64,000 bases of DNA from Schizochytrium sp. TIO01 (Eukaryota > Protista > Bigyra: Labyrinthulomycetes), in NCBI GenBank assembly GCA_004764695.1, contig SMSO01000033.1:1364001-1428000 (forward strand). The letters are read 5' to 3'. Position 1 is the first letter of the stretch, and every line of letters begins with the position of its first letter. The notes beneath the pieces were generated by a model. It did no database searches. It was given only the letters and a program-made list of their open reading frames with translations, and was not told the DNA's origin. A program made the translations under genes and the position numbers. This document shows, piece after piece, positions 1 to 12,300 of the stretch.

Positions 1-847
1 CTCTCGCTCACTCCGGGAGTCTCTCAAAGCGCTCACTGTCTGCAAATATAATATAGCAGGCTTAGTTTTTAATCTAATCACTGTTGTGGGGAGAAGGCAA
101 AGTGAAGTATCCTTTAGTTGCTTTCTTTCCTGAGTCGCTCGTTTTCGCCCTTTTCTTCCATGATGGTCTGTTTATTTGCACGCCTGGCTTTCTCCACTGA
201 GATAGACAATCTGGAAGCAAGCCTCCTAGTATTTCTACTGTATTGAATCTGTAGCCCAGACCTTATCCGTACTAAGATAAACAACATACACTATAAATCC
301 GGCGTCTATATATCGAATCTTGTAGCTTTCTACTGTGGGATGCTTTCGACCACTATACCACTGAGCATCTGAGTCGCAGAGGCACATCGAGGAGCTGTGG
401 AGAAAAAGTAATGGGAGATTCGAAAAGACGCCGACCCTGCCCTTGCGTTGGACTGAGATTCTCTTCAGTGGGCCGCAGAGGAAAGGCAGCACCTTCAGGA
501 GGTTATTCCACTGGCTTTTACGCAGACCCTGCGTGCTAAAAATCTGACCTGCCCTGCATCTTAGGCCCTCATACCTCAATTCAGATCGGTCTTTCCATAA
601 TCCCCGCAGCAGAACTCTCCTTCTTCCCCAACCTGATGAAGACTATGGCTTCCTTATCTGATCTGTCCCCTCTAAGATGCAGACTCCACTGTCAACGGCG
701 GGACGAAGCCGAGCTGTCAGAGGCCGCGTGGCGACATGGCCAAGATTCGAAAGCTTGGTACTTTCTGACCATGGACCAGCGGTGTCTTCCACTTTCGCCT
801 CTCTGTCTCTGTTGCTCTTGGCGCTTCCTTTTAAAATCAGAGCTGCA

Positions 848-895
848 GAAGAAGAAGAAGAAGAAGAAGAAGAAGAAGAAGAAGAAGAAGAAGAA
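848..895. repeat. (GAA)n microsatellite, ~16 copies
   Basis: Perfect GAA run; it produces the poly-E/K/F/S spurious ORFs. Confidence 0.97.
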
Positions 896-1057
896 AAGCA
901 TATGCAGTTGGACAGAGTTCGCAGGGCGACCAACATTCTTCTGTTTCCTCAGAGCCCGGTGCGCCCAAAAGCGAGCGCTCTTGCAAAGGCAGGCCTACCG
1001 CTGTTCGGTTTACTCGCTTGCTTGCTTCTCACGGGCCAAAGCTCTCCCGCCACACCC

Positions 1058-1392
1058 TTTGTTTGTTTGTTTGTTTGTTTGTTTGTTTGTTTGTTTGCTT
1101 ATTTGTTTGTTTATTCAAAGTTTGTTTATTTGTTTATTTGATTGTTTGTTTGTTCAAAGTTTGTTTGTCTGCTTGTTCAAAGTTTGTTTGTCTGTTTGTT
1201 CAAAGTTTGTTTGTTTGTCTGCTTGTTCAAAGTTTGTCTGCTTGTTCAAAGTTTGTTTGTTTGTTCAAAGTTTGTTTATTTGTTCAAAGTTTGTCTGTTT
1301 GTTCAATCTTTGTTTGTTTGTTTGTTTGTTCAGAATTTGTTCAGAGTTTCTTTGTTTCCTTGTGTATTCAAACTTTCTTTGTTTCTTTGTCT
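1058..1392. repeat. Compound (TTTG)n satellite punctuated by recurring TTCAAAG units
   Basis: TTTG tetramers interrupted roughly every 19-28 bp by [g/a]ttcaaag, e.g. gttcaaagtttgtttgtctgctt. Confidence 0.92.
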
Positions 1393-1834
1393 GTCGGGTA
1401 TCGTGCCAACCTTCTTGAGCGCTGACTTATACTTCATCCTCCTTGGCATTCATTGAATTCTGCAAGATCCAGCACCCTCATCTATCATGCCGTTTGTTCC
1501 CCATCCACCATCCTCTTTTCCATCTAGCCAGTTTTCAGAACCTGCACTCTCCCTCTCTCTCTCCGTCACGAGTGCTAAAGATACATTCATTCATTCATAT
1601 ATTCATACATTCATACATTCATTCATACATCCACGGATTCCAGTCTTCCGGAGTCCTTCACGGCGCCAATTCGAGCCCGCTCGGCGAACGAACAAGCGTG
1701 CTCTCGATTCCATCTCAGTTTCTACACGCAAGCCACCACGCAAGCAAGCACCAGCCAGGCCTCCATAGCTCGTAGCCGGCCAGGCGAGCTTGCTCGCGAG
1801 CAGAACTTGAAACCAGCTGGGCTTGGAGCACGGC

Positions 1835-1881
1835 ATTAGCGGCACTGGCGGCGTTAGCGGCGTTAGCGGCGTTAGCGGCAG
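1835..1881. repeat. 9-bp minisatellite (GGCGTTAGC-like)
   Basis: ggcgttagc occurs three times in tandem with degenerate flanking copies. Confidence 0.8.
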
Positions 1882-2775
1882 CGACGCCTTACAGCGCAGC
1901 AGAGACGGGAGAAGCCCCTCAGGCTGCCTGCCTGGCGCTGCGCGGGTCGAGGGATGCGAAGGACGTGCGTGTCTTCTTCAGGAGAGGGCGCTCGAGACAG
2001 ACGGCTTTCTTTGGCAGGCTGAGGCGAGCGCCCCTTCGATTTGGGAATGAATGCCCAACGAACGGAGGAGCAGCGGCGATATGAACGACGATTCGAATCG
2101 ATTCGAATCGTCGATCGTTTCCAATCGTCGATGGAATCAGCCGTCTCAGACGGAGGCCGCAGATCCGCGCGAGCAGCGGCTGGCCCAGGCTGGCTGGCTG
2201 GAGAGCTTGACGCGAGAGATGGCCACGCGACGCAAGGAAACAAAGCAAGCAAGCAAGCAAGCAAGAAGCAAGAGGCTTCTTGGATTTTAGGATGAAAAAC
2301 TCCATTTCGTGAAATCGATGACCTTTGCCTTTGCACGCAGTCCACGATCGCAGAGACGACTGAAGAAGATGGACTTCGATCGAATGAAGCAGACGCTGCG
2401 AGTTTATCTTGAACGATTCATGATTCAATGATTCAATGAATGAATGAATGAATCGATCGATCAATGGAATGGAATGGCTCAATGAATCGATGGATGGATG
2501 GATGAATGGATGAATAGATGAACCGTGATGCCACGACGGTCATCGTGACCGACTGTGCAGCCACTGCTTCACTGCTTCACTGGTTGCTGTTGGTCAGTAA
2601 GTCAATCGTCCCTGTCGTGGACCCGACCCATCCATCGCCCGCTCAGTCAGGGAGAACCCCTTTGCGTTCCTGCCTGCTGTTCACTTCATTGGCTTCCCAC
2701 TCCTATGCTACGGAGAGTCTCAGGTTCTTGTGAGACAAACTCTTTTCTTCTCGCTCCTCCAAGCGACGACGAGCG

Positions 2776-2822
2776 AAACAGCATAACAGCAAACAGCATA
2801 ACAGCAAACAGCATAACAGCAA
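2776..2822. repeat. 15-bp tandem repeat (AAACAGCATAACAGC) x3
   Basis: Three consecutive copies. Confidence 0.9.
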
Positions 2823-3800
2823 AAGCCCGCGTAAGCGACAGCTTCCCTCGCGCAACCGTTGTCGCACATTTCCTTATGTATTCCCATTACTAAGAGAAAA
2901 AGAAAGGAAACTCGCTTTTCTCTCTCTCCTTTCCTCCTCAGTCCCATGAAAACCAAAACCGTGCCTGTCTGTCTGTCTGTCTGTCCGTGTGTAAGAACCA
3001 TGAAAGTGATAAATGAGTTAGCTAGCAGCTACCTGCTACCATGTGAGAAGGCGGAGCACGAGCTTTGGACAAGTTTGTTGGAACGAGGGTGCTGCTGCTC
3101 TACTTACTATCCGATGATAACGCACCCGATCTTCAAACTTGCGCTTGCCACGTCCCTGAGGGCCTTCTTCCTCCTCTGCTCTCTCTGCTCGAAAGACGTG
3201 TTCCAAAGCCTGAGGAAGCGCGACAACGTAGCACCTCTTCACCGGCCTGCGGAGAGAATGAATGAATATTGTGGAATCATATTCGAAGATCAATTCTTTC
3301 TTTCACTTTTCTTTCAAACCGCCTTAAAACGAAAACATTTATTCTATTTTATTCTTTAATATTTTAAACATGTGTGTTTTTACTGTTAAAATAATAAAAG
3401 GGCTCCAGGGAAAGAAAAGAACCGTAAGAGGGGGAAGAAGGGCAGGATTCGAGGTATGGTCAAGACTTTATCACTTCAAACGAAAATACTTCTTCTTCTT
3501 CTTCTTCTTCTTTTCTTTTCTTTTATGTAGAAAATATATGCATATGATATAACTAAAATGGTAAGTTAATAATAGAAAAGACCTCCGCACGACAATAGAA
3601 TAAATAAAATAGTATGTATGCGTGAATGTATGTATGTATTCATCCAGCTAATCGGTGTTCTGGGGTTTCTGTTTATGTTTTGGTCGATAGGCCGGTGCAA
3701 ATTAGTAATTTTGTTAAAGTATCCTCTGCCCACCTACGAGTAGATAGCTAGCTAGGTAGGTAGATAATTGACACGGATCAGATCTGCATTTAGGTTTGCA

Positions 3801-3875
3801 ATGAATGAATGAATGAATGAATGAATGAATGAGATCGATCGATTGATTGAAACTAGCTCGCTCGCTCGCTCGCTC
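3801..3875. repeat. (ATGA)n, (GATC/GATT)n and (CTCG)n microsatellite cluster
   Basis: Adjacent tetramer runs. Confidence 0.85.
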
Positions 3876-4337
3876 GGTAGTTCTTGCTGCTGTTCTCCGA
3901 ATCTCCTTCGCTTCGCGCCTCCAAGTCGTCCTGAGGACCATCTCGGCGAGGACCATCTCCGCCTCAAACAGCGACAGATGGCGGCGGCGCAATCAATACG
4001 TGAAGGCCTCCCTCCGCGAGCGAGACCAATCGAAATTGAGCGACGCCCAAACGTGAATTCATTCATGAATTGAAGGAATGAATTGAAGGAATGAATCAGA
4101 ATGAATGAATCAGAATGAATGAATCAGAATGAATGAACCATCGAATGAAATCTGTGCAGTCGTCGGAATCCAAGCTCGACTTGAATGCGAAGAGCTCGCA
4201 CACGCTGGGCAGGAAGGCGGCCTCCCTCGCAGAGGCCAGCGAGCGATGCCCGGTGAATGAATGAGCTGAGCGAGAGTGATCTCGGGCGACAGTGCTCAGC
4301 GAAAGAGAGCAGGCGGAGCAGAGTCTGTCTGTCTGTG

Positions 4338-4578
4338 TGTTTGTTTGTTTGTTTGTTTGTTTGTTATTGTTTGTTTGTTTGTTTGTTTGTTTGTTTGTTT
4401 GTTTGTTTGTTTGTTTGTTTGTTTGTTTGTTTGTTTGTTTGTTTGTTTGTTTGTTTGTTTGTTTGTTTGTTTGTTTGTTTGTTTGTTTGTTTGTTTGTTT
4501 GTTTGTTTGTTTGTTTGTTTGTTTGTTTGTTTGTTTGTTTGTAATTGTTTGTTTGTCTGTTTGTTTGTTTGTTTGTTT
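4338..4578. repeat. (GTTT)n microsatellite, ~60 copies with few interruptions
   Basis: Long near-perfect run; source of the CLFV/QTNK ORFs. Confidence 0.97.
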
Positions 4579-4908
4579 GAGTGTGTGCGAACGGTACCAA
4601 AGCAGCGCGATCAATCTTCTATCTTTCCGAGAGCGATCGTGAGAGTATCTTTCTGAAGGTTGCGACACTGAGGCGCTTCGACTTCAGGCCGGCGCCCACG
4701 AGTGCGGCTTTGCCTGTCATTGGGGCTCCGTCACCAAGATGGTCCTGGAATGCAGGAGGAGGAGTTACGCGGGAGCGGCGAAGCGGCGAAGCGGCGAAGC
4801 CTTCCTTCAGAAGAGATGCGGACTCCCGAATCGTGGACTGCGTAGCTAGCTAGCTAGCTAATGCTGCAGGTCGGGCGGAAGCCAAACAATAACAATCGAT
4901 CACTCGCT

Positions 4909-4961
4909 CATTCATTCATTCATTCATTCATTCATTCATTCTCATTCATTCATTCATTCAT
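4909..4961. repeat. (CATT)n microsatellite
   Basis: Visible CATT run. Confidence 0.9.
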
Positions 4962-5579
4962 GATGTCTGTCCTAATTAATTAGATAATAAGCCTGCGAAG
5001 CGTCTCTTCGACTTGAAAGAAGTTAGTTAGTTGTTCCCTGAGTTCTTTCATTTTGTTTTCTTTCTTTCTTTTAACAGAACCCTCACTTTCCCTGTGTTTT
5101 ACTTTTACTTTTACTTTTTCTTTTTTAAATAAATAGTGTTTTTTCTTTCTACTTTTTCTTTTTTAATTGCTTAAATTTTCAGTTTAAAAGAAATACTAAT
5201 CACGAATATTTTTTTTTTAATTTTTTTTTTTTCACTGATGATAGTTGGAACAACCCAACTTTCTCTGCTCTTTCCACTCCTCCTCTGATTTCAGGCGCGC
5301 TTTCGAAGGTTTACTCGAATCTTCTGTTGACGTGGTTCCTGTCGAATCGATCGAGTGAATGGACGGCCTTTGCATCTTGGACCAGCGTGATAGTTTCCAC
5401 TGCCTCGGAGGCAGAGGAGTCACTCGCGCTCGCCTCGACCCTGCGGCGCCACGAAAGCTCAAATGGCGCCCGCGCTTCAAGCAAGGCCTCACTCAACAAA
5501 CAAACGGGTGGGACGACATGCGACAAGTCCAACTTGCACTAGCCGAAGGTAGGCGCGAACGAGCGAATGAAGCAAAGTT

Positions 5580-5830
5580 GTGCTTCGAAGTTTGCTTCGA
5601 AGTTTGCTTGGATTTGCTTGGATTTGCTTGGATTTGCTCTAATTCGCTCTGATTTGATTTGATCTGATCTGATCTAATTTAATTTGATTCGATTTAATTT
5701 GATCTAATCTAATGTGATCTGCTTTGCTCTAATTTGATCCGCTTTGCTCTTATTTGATCTGCTTTGCTCTTATTTGATCTGCTTTGCTCTTATCCAATTT
5801 ACTTTGCTTGGATTGCTTTGCTTTGCTCGC
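5580..5830. repeat. Degenerate pentamer satellite (GATTT/GATCT/GCTTT/GCTTG)
   Basis: About 250 bp with 5-bp periodicity and drifting unit sequence. Confidence 0.85.
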
Positions 5831-6215
5831 TTGGTCACTCGCGATGGTGATGGCGGTCGCCGCTGTATTCCTGTTTCCCTGGTCCCAACAACGGAGACCG
5901 CATCGAGGTCGGTCTCGCATCAAGGCTTAGTTAGTTACCCGCACAGCCCGAAAGGTGCTGCTTCCCGGCGCAGAGGGACTTGGTCCGCGCCCTTCTCCAC
6001 AGAGTCGCCACGACGACGCGAGGCAACAAGTCAATGCTGGCCAGCAACAGTACAGTACAGTCTTCTCTTCGCAGGCCCTCGGCAATGAATAATGCGGCGC
6101 TGGCTGCCCTCCCTGGGAATTCAAATCCATCGCCTTTTCAAATCCATCGCTTCGACGTCTCCCTCGGCGCCTTCCTCGACCAGCTTCAAAGAGCCAACGC
6201 GAGGGGCCTCGCCGC

Positions 6216-6305
6216 GCTCCGCTCCACTCCACTCCACTCCACTCCACTCCACTCCACTCCGCTCCGCTCCACTCGAGGCAGGCCTCGCTGTGCTGTGCTG
6301 TGCTG
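6216..6305. repeat. (CTCCA/CTCCG)n followed by (GCTGT)n pentamer repeats
   Basis: Visible tandem pentamers. Confidence 0.85.
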
Positions 6306-9300
6306 TGCGGAAGACAAGTTTCGCAGCACGTTGGAAAGCATGCAAGCTCGAAGGCTCTCGCGTGGACCTCGCGTGCCTTGACGCTCGTGCGGCAGCTCTT
6401 GCGTGCCTTGCGTAGCTCCAGCCACGTCGTTGCGACGTGGCGGATCTCGCGACGGCGAGTGATGCGATGCGATGCGATGCGATGTGCGGCATCTGGGAAC
6501 TGACTGCAACGAGGAGGAGTTTACAGGTGCAGCACTCATTGGGAGATCGCATGCCTCTGCTTGCACGCACGCACGGTCAGCCGCACCCTTTGTCTCGCAG
6601 GAGACATGAGCAGGCTCACAGCCAGAAACGACGGGAGCCCACGCACTCAGGCCCACTCGCCATCCAAGCTATCGCACGCATGCGTGGCGCACATTGCCCA
6701 ACTCGAACTCGTAACTCCTCAAGATCTCTCTCTCTCTCTTCTGCGAGGTCAAAAAAGCAGTCAATCATACCAAAAACAAGTCAATCAATCAATCAATCAA
6801 TCAATCGATCGATCGATCGATCGTCGAGATTGAGTTCTCTGCCGTGATATACCTAAACCCCCAGTTTCATTCATAGCACGTACGCATCGTCGTCTGAAAT
6901 TTGAAGAGTTCTGCGTATTGTTTTTGTAGTATTTTAGGCCGCCTTTGCTTTAAATTGCTGATTTTTCAACTATTCTCTGAGAGTGAGATGAATACTTTTA
7001 TTTTATTTTATCTTTCCTTCTATCCATCACGAGGATGGATGTATGTATTTCAAGTTGTTTTTACTTTTTCTTTTTTTTAATATTCATTTTAACATGAAAA
7101 TTAAGTGTTAGAAGATCGAGAGCACGTTTGGGAAATGGGAAAATGGAAGTGTGTGGATTCCGCATCTTCGGTGGGTTCCGTAAAATACCAGAACAGGGGC
7201 GATGCTTGCTTGCTTGCTTGCTTAAAGAAAAGAGGGTCTCTCTCTTTGGGGCTCTTGAACTTGGAGGGTCTGTCTGTCATAAGAGTGTGCAACGTACATA
7301 GGTTGGACCTCCTTTGATGGGGTGCTGATGACGTGAGTGAAGAAGTGCAAGCCCCTCACAGCCACAGGATAGGATGAGAGGTTCTTGTCGTGCGAACCCA
7401 AGCAAGCATAAATAAATAAACTTGAGGAACTCATGGCAGTGAGAACTAACTCGTTAGGTCCTATGATCAGTCAGCAAGCAAGCATCATGGTTGGTGGTGT
7501 GTGGGTGTGCGTGTGTGCAGGACGATGAGTGGTTGCAGAGACAGCGAGCATCTCGATTGAGCCCCTACCTACTACTGCATGCTGCGCGACGCCAAATAAG
7601 TCGCTCCCAGTTGGTGAAAATTCGATGCGTTGTAGAGATCGAACTAATACACTCCTCGTCGACGGGCAAGGGAAATAAAGGGCTGAGAATTGCGGGCGAA
7701 TGTGCGCGTAGAATAAGTACAGGCGTCGCGTGCTCTCGGCAGGAAATGTGATGAATTACTACTGCCTACATACTGGCATCATGGTATCGCAACAGTTGTC
7801 GATGGAGGGCATCTTCAAGGAAACGACACCATTTTGGGGATGAGTTGCAAACCTTTTATGATAAATCGCTTCTTTTCTCTTTTTAACTTCACAACGACGT
7901 GAGGATGTTGAAATGTAAAGAAGACCTGCACATCACGTACACGCACTATACGAGTGCAGCGGATTCGGAGTCTAGCTTTGAGAATTGACGACGTCCTCCT
8001 GAAACTTGAGACTTTCAATAATTAGCACAAACCCATTGAATGATGTAGGTTTCGCTAAAAAGACTTCTTTTCTTCCATCAGCAGGATTCGTCCCAGTCTA
8101 TATACTCGGTAGGTAGAGATTTTTCCAAGGGTGCTTGATTTACGGCAAAAGAAGAAAGGTCTCTCCCTGTAAATAAAATCTCATATCATAAGACTTTACA
8201 GCATGGTTTCGCGCGATCGCTCTAGCTAGTAAGGTGGTGCTTGCAATACAGTCTGCACAGCGAGATAGAATCCTTCGCCTTACACATAGATTTTAGCCTC
8301 AGCCTCACTCGCGAATTAGAGCATGGGAATCATAATCCTGGAGCTGCTCGAAAACCATTCCTGTGATTCACATTGCCAAATACTGAACTTTTAGAGTTCA
8401 AAACAATTGTATTATCGAGTAGAAAACTACAATACAAAAGGCATGTTATCGAATGCTTCCATAATATGAAGGAAAGGGCGTTTAAAAGCAGTATGTAGAA
8501 GGTCTCCCACCAGGCCATATGAGATTCGATTTCGATGAGGTCCAACTTGATTTAAATTACAAAAACGCCAGCACGGTCCCTTTGGGGGACGGGAATCTGT
8601 GCGGTAGTAAACCACACGAACGAGTTGTAGCAGCCTCCTCCTTTCAGAGCATTGCATCGAACTCCGGCAAGCCACTCATTTTCAATGCCTAAGCCACTCA
8701 TTTATAAACCCAGCTAGCATGAACTGTTTGCTTCGCTATTGATTGAACGACAACCAAGATTCACCAGACTAATAAAACATGAGGTTCGGGATCGGGGATG
8801 TGATGATTGCCCACAGTCGACCTCACTTAAAACTTAGTAATAAGCATGAAGGCTTTTTTAATGTTGGGACTCTGCTCCACTCAATAAAAGAACGAAATTT
8901 GACATAGGTCTGGCGAGGAATAAGGAGAATGAGACCGCAAGCTGGTTGGGTTTAAAACATGTTCTCATGAGGAGACAGAGTGCGCAAGAATATTAACAAT
9001 AATAATAAACTCTTGCATATGAAAGTTAAAAGTTTGGAAGGTTTCGATATTCTTCCCTTCGCCTGTCCCAGGGCATATCTAGTTAAGAACAAGAGTGTGC
9101 GCGCTTGCTCACGTAATCGCTTGCCACACAAACGCAGAACACACGTCGATGAGAATTCCAACTATGCAAAGTTGAGGTCTTTAATATGTTGTAAAGTTCT
9201 GCTTTCATTTTGAGGTTTTATTTCTAATGTATCAAATATGTAGTTAGACTTTGACTTTTTATTACGTGAATAACTCATTGATTTTAAGATATCGCCTTGA

Positions 9301-9315
9301 ACGCTTGCTTTTTAA

Positions 9316-12300
9316 TTACTTTGTACCTTTACGACCATTGCGATGACGGAGGTCCTGAATAGCACAGCCAACGGTCTCGAGCAGCCATTCAAACTTGTAG
9401 AATTTCGCGACATTATGGTAAGGTCGTAGAACCATCTCCTGATCCTTCGGAGGCAATGTCATGATCCACTCGCCTGAGCAAGCACAGGAGGAGCTCAAGA
9501 CGCTTGCCCGAACTTGACCGCACTTAATGCACTCCATGTCTTGCAGTTCATAGGCTTGAACAAGATCCTCCACGGAACGAATTAAGCGGTGTTCAATGCC
9601 AGCCATATCAAACATCTGAGAACACTCAGGGCAATGCCATGGCACAGTAACATTGGGGTCCTCCGCTGACAATTGACCCTGGACTAATGCAGAATCTCTG
9701 CACAGGTCAAAATCAACAGCGGCATTACAATGAGCACAAACAACATCACGCAAATAAAGCATCACAGACGGGTTATGAAACTTAGCCTCTGGTGAAAACT
9801 CACGCACATGAAGTAAGCGAAACAATTGTTTCTTGGAGTTTTGGACTTGATGGTGAACTTGGCCATCTAAGCTTAGCACAACAACCAAGGTTTTCACAAA
9901 CTCTAACGCCGGATTTCGGTATAAAAGATGAGATCCTGCCAGCTTGGGGAAGCTCTCGGGGCCAAGGCCTGACATGGTGATTCGTGGTACAAGTCTCAGT
10001 AGCTCTGAAACAACCTCTTCTCGAAGCATCTTGGAGATGAATTCCTTTTCAAGAGCCTCAAGCTCTCCTTCATTTACCCGAAGCAAAGCCATTTCGTCCA
10101 GGTCTTGTGCATCGTCATCGAGGCCTCCATTCATCTTCTTGTCCGGATCTGCACCCATTTCATCTTTGAGTTTGCGGATTTGAGCTTCAAACCATTCTTC
10201 GCGCATTTCAACTGGTTTGAGAAGAAACGCGCCAATGTAGAGCTCAAAGTACTTTTGCAACTCCTCGGGAAGGTACTTTGCCACGTCCCACTCAAGAATC
10301 AGACTGTGCTTATAAGGAGGACGTGCGGCCTCCATGAGGGCCTCTTCATCCTCATCACGACCTTGATGACCAAAGAATGAATCGCCATCATCGTCAACAA
10401 TGAAGTCATCCAAGTCTTCTGCCTCGTTAAGTTCGACTTCGCGAGATAGTTCGTCACGACCTTTGCCACGGGAACGCTTGGGACCACGGGACATCATGAT
10501 ACGCTTCTTAAGCTTGGTCACGCTTTCCTCCAAATCATCGTCATCAGAATCATCGTCGTTAGAATCACTCTCCTCAACATAATTCTTGACCTCATCCGCA
10601 GATTCCTCGTCTTTTTCAAAATCAGAATTGACCCCGCCATCATCGCTCTGAGCCCTCTTCTCTTCCTCGACGATCTTCTTGTTGTGTCCAGTAATTACGT
10701 TGTTGTTCTCATCAGATTCACTATCATTTTCTTCTTCGTCATCACTTGACTCTCCATGGCCTGCGCCCTTACGCAAAAGGCGACGTTTGTGGCCTGAGGT
10801 AGAGGCCACCTTCTTTTCCTTCTCCTTGTTTTTCTTCTCGATAGCTGCGGAAGAACTGGTATTCTTGGCTGCCGCACGATCTTTTGATGCTTGCAGTCGT
10901 GTTTCTTCACGTTCTTTGCGACGAGCCTGTCGACGCTCGTAGACTTCAAGTTCTTCTGCATATGTAGGATTGTCTTGAACAGCGCCGTAATTAGCATCAT
11001 CCATGAAGATCAGAGACTTCCAAGTGTCTGACGTTTCCAGCTCAATATCCTCAAACAAGGATTTTGAACGGACCGTGTTGATGACATGCTCGATATATGC
11101 TGATGCGGATTCAGCATCCCGCTTGCCAGTGCAAATAATGATTCGCTGGAAGTTTGCAGATACGATTTTGGCGCCCAGGCGACGAAGTTCCGCCACAAGT
11201 TGAAGAAAGACTTTAACCATCAGCTGCTGAATAAATCGAAGCAAGGCTGGGTCATACATCAAACTCTTGGGCGAACAAATCCAGCGATAAAAGTTCGCCA
11301 ATAACGCCCAAGAGTAATCTTCATTTGTTTGCAAGGCCTCACGGAAAATGCGCCGTACTAATCCACGCAATATGTTAAAGGCATTAAGACATTCAGCTGC
11401 TGACCCTAAGACCCCAGTAGCAGCATGTACTTTAGCTTGCACAACAGCACCTGCAGCGTCAAGACGTTGGGTGCCACCATCAGGAGCAAGAGCACCGATG
11501 GAGTGCTGCTCCAGAGCCATAGATCCTTCTGCGCACTCAATATCGTGCACTTCGTTTGCGTGAATCATAGTATTCACTGCAAGATGTTTGATTGAAAATA
11601 CAGCACAGTAGGAACGGTACGCGCCGGGTGAAGAAATGTTTGGAAGCTCTTCTGCAGCAAGCAAGGCGTTGTCCGCGGAGTCAGACTCCATACCTCCAAG
11701 ATCAGGTGTGCACGCAGGAGAGGCCCATGAAACATGAAGATTACGGGCCAAATTTCGCATATACATGACATCCATCATGGTGACAGCGTAATCATCATTC
11801 AAATGCGCAACTGGAATTTGCGCGTAGTGAGCACAGCGCATGCGCTCAAAGAGCCATAGCGAGTGTGAAAAATACTGTTTCACAGCTTCATCCACAAGAT
11901 AGTGCTGCCACTGCAACGAAGGGAGAACAGCAGCGTCTGGTCGTGCAAACATCCAAATACATGGGCATCGTCCAAGAGGACGCGAGAGATTGAGCAGTTC
12001 GCGTTTGGGAAGAGAACTATGTACCACCGCAGTAAGAGCACCGCTCACTTCATCAAATAACGTTGTCAGCTGATTGTTCACACTTCGCCAAAGAGCAGCC
12101 TCATTGGCAACCGTAAGAACCTCAGCATGCGCAACGCAAGAACGAAGCGCAGCTGCATAAAATGTGCCTGACTCCTTCTCACAGGAAAGCAGGAAGTCTT
12201 TCACAGCCTTACGAAGACTTGGCCGCTCCACACTTCCTTCACGACCCTCGAGCCATGCATGCATTCGCATGGATGTAGGAGCTAAACTGAGCAAGTGATC

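Noticed and set aside
1153-1310. Regularly recurring GTTCAAAG resembling CRISPR repeats
   Set aside because: The units are too short, the intervening sequence is TTTG repeat rather than unique spacers, and there are no cas genes in this eukaryotic context.
636-1456. ORFs with poly-K/E/F/S and CLFV repeats
   Set aside because: Translations of (GAA)n and (TTTG)n arrays that lack stop codons.
4096-4668. QTNK / CLFV repeat ORFs
   Set aside because: Artefacts of the (GTTT)n microsatellite.
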